A stretch of 64,000 bases of DNA from Podarcis muralis (taxonomy: Eukaryota): positions 10,106,001-10,170,000 of the forward strand of contig NC_135671.1 of the NCBI RefSeq assembly GCF_964188315.1. Reading direction: 5' to 3'. Below the pieces are notes generated by a model. That model saw only the letters and a list, made by a program, of their open reading frames with translations, was not told the DNA's origin and searched no databases. The translations under genes were made by a program, and so were the position numbers. Below, in pieces: positions 24,301-38,500 of this stretch (position 1 is its first letter; every line of letters begins with the position of its first letter).

Positions 24301-24892
24301 CCAGTATCCATCCGGTCAAGGCCAGACCCGGAGGCAGGGATAGTCTTCAAACAACGACTAAACCTGCCTCCTCGGTAATGACATGGTCTGGTCTTGGCGT
24401 AACTCCGCCTCCTGCCCATGATCACCGAGATCGGATGTCCCAGTGCTTCCCCCCCTGTGGAACTTGTCCCAGCCATCGTGTTGGCTGGGGCCCCACTCCC
24501 AGGCAGCCCTGATCCCGCCCCTTAAAAACAAAACACAAACTATACAGAACCAATAAAACAACAGAAAACAAAAACAGAACAATTATACTAAAATTAATCC
24601 CCAACCAAATATCCATCCCACCCTCCCACCCCCAACAAGGGAAAAAGGAAAAAAAGAAATACAAATTTAAATTGCCACCGACTGCTTGAGGACATTTTAA
24701 AACACATTGGAACAGGGAAGCAATTGCAGAACACTTCCCAGCTTCCCCAAAAGTTTGTTCCAAATAAGGGCCTGGGCCACACCCCCTGGGCCAGATGGAA
24801 AAGGCCCTGGAAGGGAGCAGGCCCTGCAGTCCTCACCCAGCCGATGGTCCGAGGCCTCCCCGCAGCAGGAGTCCCTTTATAGCCGGGAGAGA
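21363..24892 (-). mobile_element. L2-clade LINE, near full length (about 3.5 kb), APE+RT ORF2 broken by two frameshifts
   Basis: ORF2 split over 24057-24476, 23573-24163 and 21426-23666. APE motifs (LCNARS, CVTETWL, LGDFKIH, WSDHF) and RT motifs (FQSGFRPHHGTETAL, LDLSAAFDT, GVPQGSVLSP, YADD). (TTA)n-type tail at 21363-21395. Confidence 0.92.
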
Positions 24893-26504
24893 GGATTGGT
24901 GAAATGGTATTCTGGTATTCTAATGTGGAAGAGAGATGGTGAAGTGGAATAAAACTCCTGCCAGTTTCAATTGTAAATGCAGCATTTTATTCAATAAAAA
25001 ACTGTTCTAGCACATTTTAAAATTAAGGAATGTATAAAATAAGGGACCAAAGAGAATCATTAAGAGGACGTATCTTAGATTGTAGGTTGAATCTCAACAT
25101 ACAATATAGTGCATTTCTCCAAAGCAAGTATTATGATGATCAGTCAATCAATCAATCAATCAATCAAGTAAGTATAGGTAATTGTGCATCATAAGCCACT
25201 CAAAATATAAATACTATTTTACGTTTATAATAAAGTGCAATCAAGGGAAAAGTACAGAAGCTATTAGCTAGCCTACGTAGGTGCATTTCAAGAAAAAAGA
25301 CTGTTTTTTTTTCTGAATGGCATAATGCTGAGCATTTCATTGAGAAGCTGCATCAAACATTAGGTATAGAAAGTTCTTCCTTCCAGCTAAAGGCAACATT
25401 CAAGATAAACCGGCAGCTTAGTGCATTAGCCAAAGCTCAGATGACTTTATACCGGAAGTGTATCGGCTCAGCAGAACAACACTGAAGGAAAGAGACATTA
25501 AGCAAGAGCTGGAAAAAGACTTAATATCCGTAGGTACTACCCTCAACTTTCTGCAGAAACCAGGATGAACCCTGGTACAATTTTCACATGCCTAGACTCC
25601 AGATCCCTGAGAAATCGGAGGTCTTCCGATTTTCCAACCAGAGATGAACCACCTTGTCTATTGTCCATGAAAGCCATTTGTTTTGGAGATTCACGGGCAG
25701 TTGCCCAACACTATACATAATAATTTTCACTCATATTCCAGGCCAAATACATCCTGTATGTATTCCAGGAAGCAGATGTTGATTTACTACAACAGCCGTA
25801 CCCTATGATATGTAACAACTTAACATTCAAATAATGCCCCTGATAACATGAACATGACATGAATATGAATCTTACTACTTTTACTAATTATGACAACTGA
25901 AACTTGACTTTAGGAACTAGGGAAAGCTACCTTATTCCAAGACCATGGATTGATCTAACTTGTATTATTAACACTGAAAACAGCTCTCCGGTTTCAGATG
26001 GCCTCTCCCAGCTCTACCTGGCAATCCTATGAACTGAATCTGGGACATTTTGCATGCAAAGCATGTGATTTAACACCAAGCCGCAGTCCCGTCTCCTTAT
26101 TCAACGCCTCAAAAACAGACCCAATGCTATAATTCTCCCTTAATCTTTCTGTGCTCCTTCTGTCACCATGCTGGGGGAAACCAAGCCAGATGGACGGCGT
26201 ATAGATAATAAATTATTATTTTTATTATTATGCAAAAAACTGACTACATTGGTGGTTAGATGCATCATCATAGCACTAATCACTGACAAAAACGTCCAAC
26301 CTGCAGCCAAAAATATGGCCCGTGGACTTTGCACGACTCCATTTCTGGGTTTGCAGCTGAAATCTCTCTACTCAAAGCGTTTTATGTTCCATGAAGCAAA
26401 GCATCTAAACAGGTAAAATGTTGAATATACCCAGTTGTGGCTTGGACCAGGTACGTTCAAGTAGAAGCAATTCCACAGGAATTCCAAGGAAAGCAGCGGT
26501 AAAG

Positions 26505-29500
26505 CTATGACAAGGTCTCGGAAGGAGACAAACAGGCTTCCTCTTCTTCTGATACGTTTTTCCGTGGCCTGAACAGGAACTTCAACGCCACCAAACCAAC
26601 CCTGACGAAGATGCGCAAGACGAGGAAGGCAAAGGGGACGACGATCTGCATGAGGTGGAAGATTTCTGTACTCAGCTCGCTTACAACGCAGGTCAGGAAG
26701 AAGGCTGCGAGGCTCGCGCAGGGGTAGAGAGCCAGCTTGGCAAACATTAAGGCGTGCTCTTTGCCGCCGTATCGTGCAAAAGGATGCAGCGTTTCCCTTT
26801 CGTGGAAGAGGGCCGCGGTCCAGATGCCAAACTGGAAGATGCTGGCGAAGAAAATGGTGACGCAGCTCACCTGGATGGCTTCTGTTTCGTTGTGAGACTT
26901 CTCCGCAAACTCGCTGGTCAGCTGGTAGGCCAGAGGCAGACCTCCGATGAAAGCCAATGAGAGGGTGTTGAGGAGGCCCATCAGGCGCGTCGCTTTTGTC
27001 ACGTGAAGGAAGAGCGAATGGTGGACAAACCAGAGAAGGCCGATAGTAACAAAAGACCCAAAGTAGGCAAGGAAATTCGGACCGTATTCACTCAAGGCAT
27101 TGATGAGATTCCCGCGGTATTTCTCTCGCACCTCTTTAGCGTCAGGAACGTTATCTTCACTGTTGGGGTGGGAAATGATCTTTCAGTTATGCATGGACCG
27201 GCATCCTTTTATATGGTGATATTCTATCATTTTCTGCATGTTACTTTAACACTTAGAAATATAGTGGTACCTCAGGTTACATACGCTTCAGGTTAAAGAC
27301 TCCACTAACCCAGAAATAGTGCTTCAGGTTAAGAACTTTGCTTCAGGATGAGAACAGAAATCGGGCTCCGGCAGCACGGCAGAAGCAGGAGGCCCCATTA
27401 GCTAAAGTGGTGCTTCAGGTTAAGAACAGTTTCAGGTTAAGAACAGACCTCCGGAACGAATTAAGTACTTAACCTGAGGTACCACTGTATATACATATAT
27501 TTTTTAAAATCCTTTTTATTAAATGATTTTCATAGTTAAACAATGGTACATATAACATCTCTGTTTTCTGTAAAGGAGGAGGATTAAAATGAACTGGTGG
27601 TTTTTGGTCAGTTAGTGGGATAACAGGAGACTGCAGATCTAGGTGACTTTTCTATTTTGCAGGCAACCGCTATGGACAAGCGCTATGTGATATGCAGCGC
27701 TCATGCTTCCATCTATGAACTACCAACATGAAGCAAGGGTGGAAATTTCATCATTTCACTTCATTAAGGGTAGGTATTTCCCATTGGGATGTGCAAGTAC
27801 TAATACGATTGCACAAGACACTGGTGGAGGGCCCATGCTCAAGAGAGATTAAAGGGAGGTCCACATTGTAAACCCCGCCCCCCAAAGTCTATGTGGGGAT
27901 TCCCTTGTGCTTGACGCAGAAGGTGCAGTTGGTGCAGAATGCTGCAGAGCAATTGCTGATAGGAGTGAGGCTTTGTCAGCATATAGCACTTGTGCTCAGA
28001 GACCTGCTCTGGTTGCCAATTTGCTACTGGGCCAAGTTCAAGGCGTTACTATTCGTATATAAAGCCCTTAACAACTTGGGACCAGTTTACCTACAAGATT
28101 GCCTTAACCCATGTGTGGCCACTTGACTGCTTCGATTGGCAGAAGTGGACACTATTACAGGTGCCACATAATACCCGTTCCACATTGGTAAGAATTCGGC
28201 CGTTTAGTGTGGCACTTTGGAACTCCTGCCTATTGAGATCAAGCAGACCCCTTACTGTACAGTGGAACCTCGGGTTGCGGATGTAATCAGTGACAAGAGG
28301 CACGTCCACAATCCACAGCGTTCGTAACCTGCACTGCTGCGTCTGCGCATGACATGATTTAGTGCTTCTGCGCATGCGGCGAAACCCGGTACTTCCGGGT
28401 TTCCCGCGGTCCACAACCTGAAAACACGTAACCCGAAGCATTTGTAACCTGAGGTACCACTGAACTTTTTTCAGAGCCTGCTAAAAACACTCTTGTTTAG
28501 ACAAGCCTACCCGGAATCTTACAAAGTTGACCCCATTTTAATCTCCTTTAGTATTTTAACTTTTGTATGTTTTAAAGTAGAGCTGTAAATCTTTCCTGGT
28601 TTTCTTGTTTTATCTTTTTGTAAACTGCTTTGAGTTGTTTTGGTTTTTTTTAACAGTGAAGCAGTGTATAAATTTTATGAAATAAAACTCTATACAGTGG
28701 TACCTTGGTTCTCGAACTTAATCTGTTCTGGGAGTCTGAATTCCTGCACTCAAGCAGAAGCTGTGTCGGATGTTCGGCTTCTGAAAAACGTTCGCAAACC
28801 GGAACACTGACTTCCAGTGGTGTTCGGGAGCCGAATTGTTTGGGAGTCAAGCTGTTCAAGAACCAAGGTACCACTGTACACACTTTCCCCTCCAAGCACT
28901 GTATTCTCATATGAAAAACAATCAAGGGCTATACTGGATAGAACTAAGATTTCTGAAGACCTACCATATATCCAGAATCAAGAGGGTTGCTACGATTGCA
29001 TAAACTCCATCACTGAATGCTTCCACTCGTTCCTTACTAAGGGGTTCTGTAAGGTAAGAAGTAAAAGACTCCAGAGGGACTTCGTCTTCTTGACCTGGAA
29101 GGCACAATAATAAGCATGCTGAATGAAAGCGCTAAGCTTTTCTTTTATATAGTTGAAAAGCCATTATTCATTTGGTGTCATCCTCTTTTGGATTCCAGAT
29201 GCAAAGTGATCCCCAGTGCCAGCTGCTCGAAAACTGAGCACTCAGTAACCTGTGACGCCAATTGAGTGGAAACCAGAGTTACTAGGCTCCCCCTCGGTCG
29301 TCCCCTTCCGAGCGGTTTAGAGGCCTTGATTTCATAGGCGTGGTAACCATCGAGAACTATGTTGCACTGTGCAAAATATGAGCAAGCCAGGGCTGAACTG
29401 ATATTACCCTTGCTGGTACCTTTCCCGGGAAAATCAGAGGCTCACTATGTCAGGTTCCTATTGGAAGACCGGACAAACACTAGAACATTAGCAGTGGCAA

Positions 29501-32500
29501 AGTTTTTATCGGTGGTTGCAAGAACCAATGATCCCTATATTCTGAACAAAATGTTTGTTTAACCTGGAGGTAGGCTGTATGAATTGTGTATTGCTTTGTA
29601 ACGATTTGTTGGGTCTCTGGACCGTAATAAAGATTGATGATGATGAAATCTCATCCTCCAGAAATAAATAAAAATACCTTCACCATGTTATTCCTGCCTA
29701 CCTCCTCCCATAGCTATGTTGCTTATCCAAGGCTTGATAGGAGAACCTTTCCTGTACAGATTATTGTTGTGTGACTTTGGATCATGTGTTTATCCTTAGA
29801 CTCCCAACCGGCCAGCTGCCTATCCTATTTCAAATATAATATTATATTAATTGATCTACATTCCTCTCTTCTACCAGAAGTGCCCAGAGTGGCATACAAC
29901 ACCATCGTAAAACCGTATCATATAAGCAATAAACGTGTGAATAGACACTTTCTAAAAGCAACAGAAACCAGATACCTAAAGCAAAACAAGACACAAACAT
30001 AGCAGCAGCAAGAGTAAAACATATTGTACATTAAAGCGAGAAACAATAACACTAGGTATTACTTTTTAAATTAAAGGCGTTTTCAGCTTTTGGTGACAGA
30101 CGAATTAGGATGATCATTTCCCATTAGCATTGGAATTCCAGAGTTGTGGCATAGCCTCAGAGGCGGCCCCGTGTGCTCTGCTCATTTTAGAAGACTGGGA
30201 GACAGACTTTCTGTCACAATCACTGTGCAACACAAAGCAAGGAGAAAACAATTTCTTTGGCCTGAATTGTACTTCTATTTTCATGCTGGACCATACTTTC
30301 AAAATCTGCCTCCTACTCAGTCACCCAAGGAGGAGATAAAGCAATCCCATGCAGAAGAATTAAGTCAGAGGTCCTTCTGCCTTGCTGTGTCTCAGGCAGA
30401 GGACAGATTGCAAAGTCCTCTCCATCGAGTGGGCTGGGACCAGCTGCCATTTTGCTGCCTCCTAGGCCATTTCAGCTGGTCACTAGGGTATCAATTACCG
30501 TATTTTTCCATGTGTAAGACACCCCCATGTATAAGACAACCCCTATTTTTTGAGCCCAAAATTAAGAAATAAGTAATTGCAACACTGCATGTATAAGACG
30601 ACCTCCAATTTTAAACTTTAAAAATTTGGGGGGAAATATAGTCTTATACATGGAAAAATACAGTATGTAACTAGGGCTAATGAAGGACTCCTGAACTTGC
30701 TTACTTTCGGTTCAGTTCCTTTCTCTTTTTGTATAGTGTCTATTAGATTACCAATTTGGTGGCATGAGCAGCCTGGTGTGTGTGTGTTTTTTTTAAAAAA
30801 ATCTTTAAATAAATAAACATAAAAGGATACTCACCAAGGACCTTGCTTTTAAACCATTTGGTTAGGTGGCTGACGTGTGGGAAAAAAATAACGAGCCCAA
30901 GAAACACGTAAGCCTGGAAGGAAATAAGAGCTTGTTTATTGCATGGTAACATGCTCAGGCGAGTTCCAGGGTTTGCAGGAATACAAAAAAACTCTTTAGG
31001 GGGAATAAACGCCCAAACCAACCCCTCCCCACAACAGCCTGATGAAGACTGAACATGCTCAGCAGACACAAAATATAGGCTGACAGTTGGAAGCGGTAGA
31101 GAGAATGAGGAAAAGGAGAACCCCAAGTAGGGCATGGGGGGGGGGGCTGGCAGGCTGAAAAGCCCCCACTGTAGAACACCATCCTGCTCTTGCACACAGT
31201 TTGGTAACCGCTGTTTGAATGTAAAGGAGGCCTTACCAATGGGATGAAGAAAAAGGAGACGATGGCAGCAAAAAAGCTAAGCGTCGGCCCTCTTAGTATA
31301 ATCTTCAGAATATGATTTTTGTAAAATGCCTGGTTTTCGGACTCCTGTATTTGATGGCTGAGTAAATATGGATGGTGGAAGCCATACACTACGATGATTG
31401 CCTGCAGAGCGAAGAAAACACTGCATGAGTACAGGAGACTAAGGCCAATCCCAGACATAATGCCAAACCATGGTTTGGTGTTACAAGAACAAGCCTCAAG
31501 CCTCTGCTTATTTCCCCGCCTCCCTCTTACCCTTGCACACTGAAGAGTTAGCCAATTTCCAATTCCAATTTGCATCAAACCTTTGTTTACCATATAAAAT
31601 TATTGTGAACAATTGTTGTCCACTGTGGTTTGTGCTTGCCTGCAAATCTGAATAGCAAACCTGTGAGCACAAAGCAATGCAATAATAAGCTGGTCTTGTA
31701 AGTGCTTGCAACTTTTGCTGCCTCTACTAGCTGCTGCAAGAAGGGAATCTACGCTTTCCTTTAGGGACTAAACAATTATGTTCTCATATAAGGTAAAGGG
31801 AAAGAGACCCCTGGCCATTAGGTCCAGTCGTGGCCGACTCTGGGGTTGCGGCGCTCATCTCGCTTTACTGGCCGAGGGAGCATGACTAAGCCGCTTCTGG
31901 TGAACCAGAGCGGTGCACGGAAACGCCTTTTACCTTCCCGCCAGAGCGGTACCTATTTATCTACTTGCACTTTGAGGTGCTTTCAAACTGCTAGGTTGGC
32001 AGAAGCAGGGACCGAGCAATGGGAGCTCACCCCGTTGCAGGGATTCGAACCACCGACCTTCTGATCGGCAAGTCCTAGGCTCTGTGGTTTAACCCACAGC
32101 GCCACCCGCATCCCATGTTCTCATATAAGGAGGATAAAACGTGCATCATCACCATTTTCTGACTATAACCTATGGAATCTTTCCTGCTAATAGTCCCTAA
32201 TTTTAAATACTGAAATGAAAGCAACAAGACCTGGATAGTGCCGATTACAACACTGCAGCTACTAAACATGAAAATTCCAAATGGTACATCTGGAAATGAG
32301 GCCATCAAGGAGAACTGCAAGACAAAACGAGAGATCAGTGATATGCTGCAAAATACACTCATGGAAAGTAAAACCTGATAAATATGTATATATAGTTGCT
32401 TGGATCAGCTTTTTTTTAAAAAAAATAAAGTTATATATTTGCAAGCTCTGCTTTTCATACCCTTGACACTCAGTTGAATCAATAAACAAACTTGTAAGAT

Positions 32501-35500
32501 CTGCAAGTTACTCTGAGAGAGTCCAAGAGCATATCCAGGGATATTGCATTAACTTGAAGAGGAAAGCAGTAAGAAGTGCTGAATTGCTGAATTTCACTCT
32601 TTCAGTGAACAGGTGCTTGAGTACAGAATTCTAGGATGGACTGAGAAGCTTGCAACTTGGGTTTATGAACCAGCATATTATGCCGAAAAGCTACTGGAAG
32701 GCATCGGTGCAAGTGCGGTGAAATTTCTATGCTAACTGGCAGAGCCCAGTTTCAAGTCTGGGTGAGAAAATTCTGGGACTGTCTGAACAATTCAGACCAT
32801 TTAGTTAAAATAATTTACCTTCAAAGATTAGGTTTAGAGTTGCAAGCCTCACCGCAGTCACAGAGAACAAAATTCACTGTGACAAATACATAGTAAGCTC
32901 ACTCTGCATTTCCTCTTTGTGGTCTCCTTAATCCTTATTCTTCATAAATTCGCTTAAAATCAGCTTCTGGGTTTTTGACATGCATTTGTGACTGAACGGA
33001 TTAGCAGCCGGAATCGCTTTGGTTTCATGCTAACCCTAGTCTGGAGGCAAGGAGATCGCAAGGAAAGGAAACAGGTTCTGGTCTTGTGGTGGGAGGGTAG
33101 CTTTTACTGCTCACTTATACTCAAAGCCTGGGGATTTGCTCCTATCCAACACCAGAGGCAAAAAGGAGCTGGGGAGATTTCAGAGAGCCATGGTCTGCAA
33201 AGGCACACTGACCACTTTGTTCAAATGGCTTTCTATACCTGTACAAAGTGTTCCATAATGAGACGTGCTCCAGAATAGATAAGAGTATATACACTTTGTT
33301 TGCCTTTCACTTTAGGTATTATTTACTTGTAATAAGTGAAGTTTTGTGATAACTGGTTAAGCGATTAACCTTCAGCTGACCAAATGATATACCATACATA
33401 AATTAAAGTGAAAACACAAGAGTTTATTAATGTTACGCTTAAGCTTTTTAAGCAAATAAGAGTTGTACCCATTTCAGGAAGATGTCAACTCTATTCCAAC
33501 AGGTAGAGTCTTTAAGTTTTAAAAGGAGTTTACACCTCAATAATCAAACAGAGGGGAAACGTTAGGCAGGAAAGAAGCAGAATGCTTACTTACTGTGTAT
33601 GGCAAAAAAGTAATGAGCATCATACATGCCTAGGAGAGAAAGAATTCAACATGTGAGAAAAAATGGCTCCTCGGCAGGTAAATGCAAGTCAGTGCCCCTT
33701 CTCACATTATCTGCATGGTATGGAAGATGATGCAGTTTGGCTCCTTTCTGCTTAGCAATGAAATGTCAGAAGCCCAGGACTATACTCGGGGGCCTAAGCT
33801 GTAGCCTCTTCCCACTCTAACATTGCCCCAGTTTTAGGGAGGAATGACACTAGCATGGAAAGGGAGCCAGAGAACGTCCAAAGACGTTCAAGCAGTTCAC
33901 ATTGAACAAAGTTAATGCAGTAAATGTTGCCTATGGAACCTCTACAACCCTCAGGCTTTATCCAACCCAGGCATGGTAGTACAAAGAAATGCAGAAGAAC
34001 TCATTGGAAGACATCAGTGGCTTCCCACAACCATCTGTTTGTAGCCTCAGGCCATTTTCCTAAGTTACGCTCAAATCTGTTTCTTGTGTTAGATCACAAC
34101 AATTTTAGGGAACAATCAAACAGGTTGTTCTCTCGGCAAAAGACATGCCGAAATGAATGGCAGCTTTATAGGGTTGACATATTTCAAGAAGTAAAAATCC
34201 AGACACAAAAAGTTGTTGTCAAACACCCAGACATTTTGCCTATTTCCCAAAATTCTCCCCAGACGCTAATTCCGTCATTGGAATCCTGGACTTGCCCAGG
34301 AAAATCCAGAGGTATGGCAACCCTAGAAAGGCAGAAAGACTCCTGGATAGCTCCCTTACAGTTGAAGAAGACTTGGACAGAAGGTAAAAAGGTAAAAGAC
34401 CCCGGATGGTTAAGTCCAATCAAAGGAGACTATGGGGTTGCAATGCTCATCTCACTTTCAGGCCGAGGGAGCTGGCATTTGTCCAGACAGCTTTCCGGGT
34501 CATGTGGTCAGCATGACTAAACCACTTCTGGTGCAATGGAACACGTGACGGAAACCAAAGCGCACGGAGACACCATTTACCTTCCTGCCGCAGCTCTACC
34601 TATTTATCTACTTGCACTGGCGTGCTTTCAAACTGCAAGGTTGGCAGGAGCTGGGACAGAGCAATGGGAGCTCACCCTGTCACGGGGATTCAAACAGCCA
34701 ACCTTCTGATCGGCAAGCCCAAGAGGCTCAGTGGTTTAGACCACAGCGCCACCCACTCTGCTAAAGGCAGGACTCCTGGACAGCTCCCATACATTTGAAG
34801 AAGACTTGAACAGAATGTCCCTCAAGATCACACAATTCTGTATGTTATACACTGGGACAAGTTAAAACCTCCAACTGCTTCGGGTAATTATTAAACTATT
34901 CATATTTTGCATTTCACCGTCAACAAATGAAGCAAAAAGCATTACACATATATCCAGGGTGCAGTTATGATGTCCTGGGTGACTCAAACACTAATATTAA
35001 ACAGTGGTGCAGTAAAATGGATAGAAAGCATCATAGCCCATTGCTGGTCTAGATAATTTTGTTTTTTGAAACATTAGGATACTGAAATTTGTAAGAAGGA
35101 GATTCAGAACTGTTCCGTCTTGGTACTGATAATATTCAAGGCTGGGAATATCTTGATCTTTACACCAGCGTGTCTTTTTTTAACGGACCTTTATTTCACT
35201 CACCAAATTTAGAAGGGCAAGCACATCATCTATGAGTTCGATCACCTGAAAAAGTCTGAGGGGGAGAGAGAACAAAAGCCATTAATAATTTGGCCCTGGT
35301 AAAATACTCAGAAAGTTCTGACTGACAGACACGTTCACTGAACAAGTCTTAATTTTGATGATAGTATCACTTGGGAAGACTTATGCAGTGTCCCTCCATT
35401 CTATGATGAGTCTACTCATATTCAGCAGTAAGGGAGAAATGATTGTGAAACTCAGAAACTTCCCTTTCTGAAGCACCACTGACAAAGATCAGGCAAGCAG

Positions 35501-38500
35501 GCCTGATGAACCAGGCAAATCTGCTCACCAGCTTGCTAGCCTCTTTGGTAAGTCAGCCAACAGGACGATTCCCTTCCCCATCCCTCAAGGTCTTACACCT
35601 ACTGTGGCTTAAAGAAACTAAGAGATGGAAGATTTTCTTATCTTATCAAATAAGCTCCCACCTCTCCCTTGACACATGCAAAGGGCTCAGCTTATTATCT
35701 CACTTCGGCTGGTCATAACTCCAGTGTGTTGAGGACTGGATAAGACAGGAAAAGAAAGGAGTTTCTCTCCACTGTTTCATATCTTCTTTATACACTAGCA
35801 GAAAGGAGAAAGAACTCTGCCTTCCCTGCAAGCCCTCTGTGAAAGTCACAGGACTTTTTTCGGGGGGAGAAGGTAGGTGGGGGAAGAGGCTAATAAGCCA
35901 AACTACTTATTTGTAGATCCTTCACAAACCACCAATTAAATGGGATTTTGAGAACAGCCAAGCTTGTAAAGAGTGCTCCTGAGCCAGTAACAATTCTATC
36001 CAGGTAATAACAACAATTTTATTATTTGTATACCCGGCCCATCTGACTAGGTTGCCTCAGCTATTTTGAGTGGCTTTCAACACATATAAAATCATAATAA
36101 AACATTAAGCATTAAAATACTTCTGCAAGATGCAGCAGAAGCTTACAAAAGTTGTTTCTTCTCCTAAGGCCACAAATGGCAAACAGATGTATGTGCAGAC
36201 TGGTGGTAACCTAATGAAATTGTCTGGCAGGACAAAAAAGAAAAAAGGACTTCTTTTAACCAAATGCAATTCATTTTTTCTGATGTGGAAAATAGGGGGC
36301 TGGACTTGATTGACTGTCGGTTTGATTAAATAGGTAAAGGTAAAGGGACCCCTGACCATTAGTTCCAGTCGTGACCAACTCTGGGGTTGCGGCACTCATC
36401 TCGCTTTACTGGCCGATGGAGCCGGCGTACAGCTTCTAGGTCATGTGGCCAGTATGACTAAGCCGCTTCTGGCGAACCAGAGCAGCGCACGGAAACGCCG
36501 TTTACCTTCCCACCAGAGTGGTACCTATTTATCTACTTGCACTTTGACGTGCTTTCGAACTGCTAGGTTGGCAGGAGCAGGGACCGAGCAATGGGAGCTC
36601 ACCCCGTTGTGGGGATTCAAACCACCGACCTTCTGATCGGCAAGTCCTAGGCTCTGTGGTTTTAGAGGTCTTCTTATGTTCTCTTGAGGATTCGTTTTTC
36701 CAAGGCTAGTTTAATGTGTTCTTAGCGGCAGTGAATTCAACTGGCATGGCAGGGCTCAACACAACCTGCAAGCTCTGTTACAGGATGCTTTCCCTCCTTG
36801 GACAAGCTACATGCTGCAATTCGCAAGAAGGGCTGGTGTGTGTGTGTACCTTTTCCAACACATTCCTAAATGCATACCTGACATGAGCTGCCCAAGCAAC
36901 TGTTACTATTAAAAAGGTCATCAGGTAAACGGCAATTTTGGTGGCTAGGAGCTGCTGAACACTTTCACCCAGTTTCTGAAATAAAACACAGCATTTGACA
37001 AATAAGTGCCTGTTATTCATTACAGAAGTTAGTGAAACATGACATGCTGTACTTGTTTTTCACACAAGCAAAAGCACAAAGAGAAAGCGTGTTGCAAAAC
37101 GAACCTCAAGGTGCAGACTGTGAATTTAAAACCAGAACAAAAAACAAATCTAATCCATTCTTCCCCCTGCTCTCTGAAGACACAAAACCTGAGAATGAAA
37201 CTCCCTGAATAAAGACAAGTCTAGCTGGTGGACACACTGAATTCTTTATGGTGCCTGGTAGTTAAATAGGAAGCAGTATAGATGTCTTCTGCTCTTTCTA
37301 ACCTGGAACTGCTACCCTGTGAACTGATCAGGAAAGCAGTGCTGCTAGGTCAAAAGCAAAATATGGAGACTGTGCTGTTCCTATCCTGGTGGTTGCATGC
37401 AAAATAACAGGAAACAATAAGAGGCCAGTCAAAAGAGACCCACTTGCCACCTGGGTGAGGGAAAGTGGGGTAGGGGAAACTGAAGACGAGGGGGCTGGAT
37501 GTGGTCTGTGGGGCACCTATTGACAGAAACTTTAAAATGAACCTGAAACGGAAGTTCTAATTTCTTTTAGTACTCAGAGCTAAATGTCCTCTATACTGGA
37601 ACAGCCATACTGGAGATTCAAAGTGCAATCTAAATTAGTAAACCGAAATACAATCAAAAATACATTTTATACGAAATATACCGCCTATAATTATTAGTAG
37701 TAGTAGTATTATTATACACAATACCTGATCTGGGTGTATCTTTGTATGGGCCACGGGCAAAATCTGCAAAAGAAGCAGCATTTGTAACAAGCAGTGAAGA
37801 AAAAACAAAACACCAAAGAGCATAAAAGGGACTTTTGGGGAAGGAGGAAATGATCTCTAAAGAGTTTTTGGACGCATAAGCAAAATGGGTATTTCCCAAC
37901 ATGCATTCCTGACCCTGACCTTGCTCACAATCACAGTGATTAAAGCATGGTAGAAGGGTGGTGTGTCCCCCCCCCCCCCAATCTTTTCAACCTATCCTTT
38001 ATTTTACTATTAAAATAGTACCACTTTACTGAGTGGTGCTTACGCTGAAGTAAATAAAGATGTTATTATGTAAAGGTATGCAGCCACAGCGAAGAGAGGG
38101 TTGGACATGGGCTAGCGGTGTGGGCGCAAATCTCCTTTCAGCCACAGCGCTCATTGGTTGACCTCACCCACCCACCTCAGGAGTGTTGTGAGCAGTGCTT
38201 TTTTTCCTTAAAAAATGTTTCGGGGTATTCTCATTTTGACTCAAGAAAACCACCATTTTATAGTTCAAATCAGGAAAAATAAATACAGTAAATGGAGAAA
38301 AGTACAAAGATTCACAAAATGTTTAGGGGTATGCGTATCCCGGCCTGCATCCCCCCCAGAAAAAAGCACTGGTTGTGAGACTAAAATGGGAAAACCCGCA
38401 TGTTTGAATCTCTTGGAGGCAGAGCAGGGTCTCTGCCCCCTGGAGCAGAAGGGAGAAACTGAAACTGAGGTCCTAATCTGATTTGAGGATTGTGAACACA

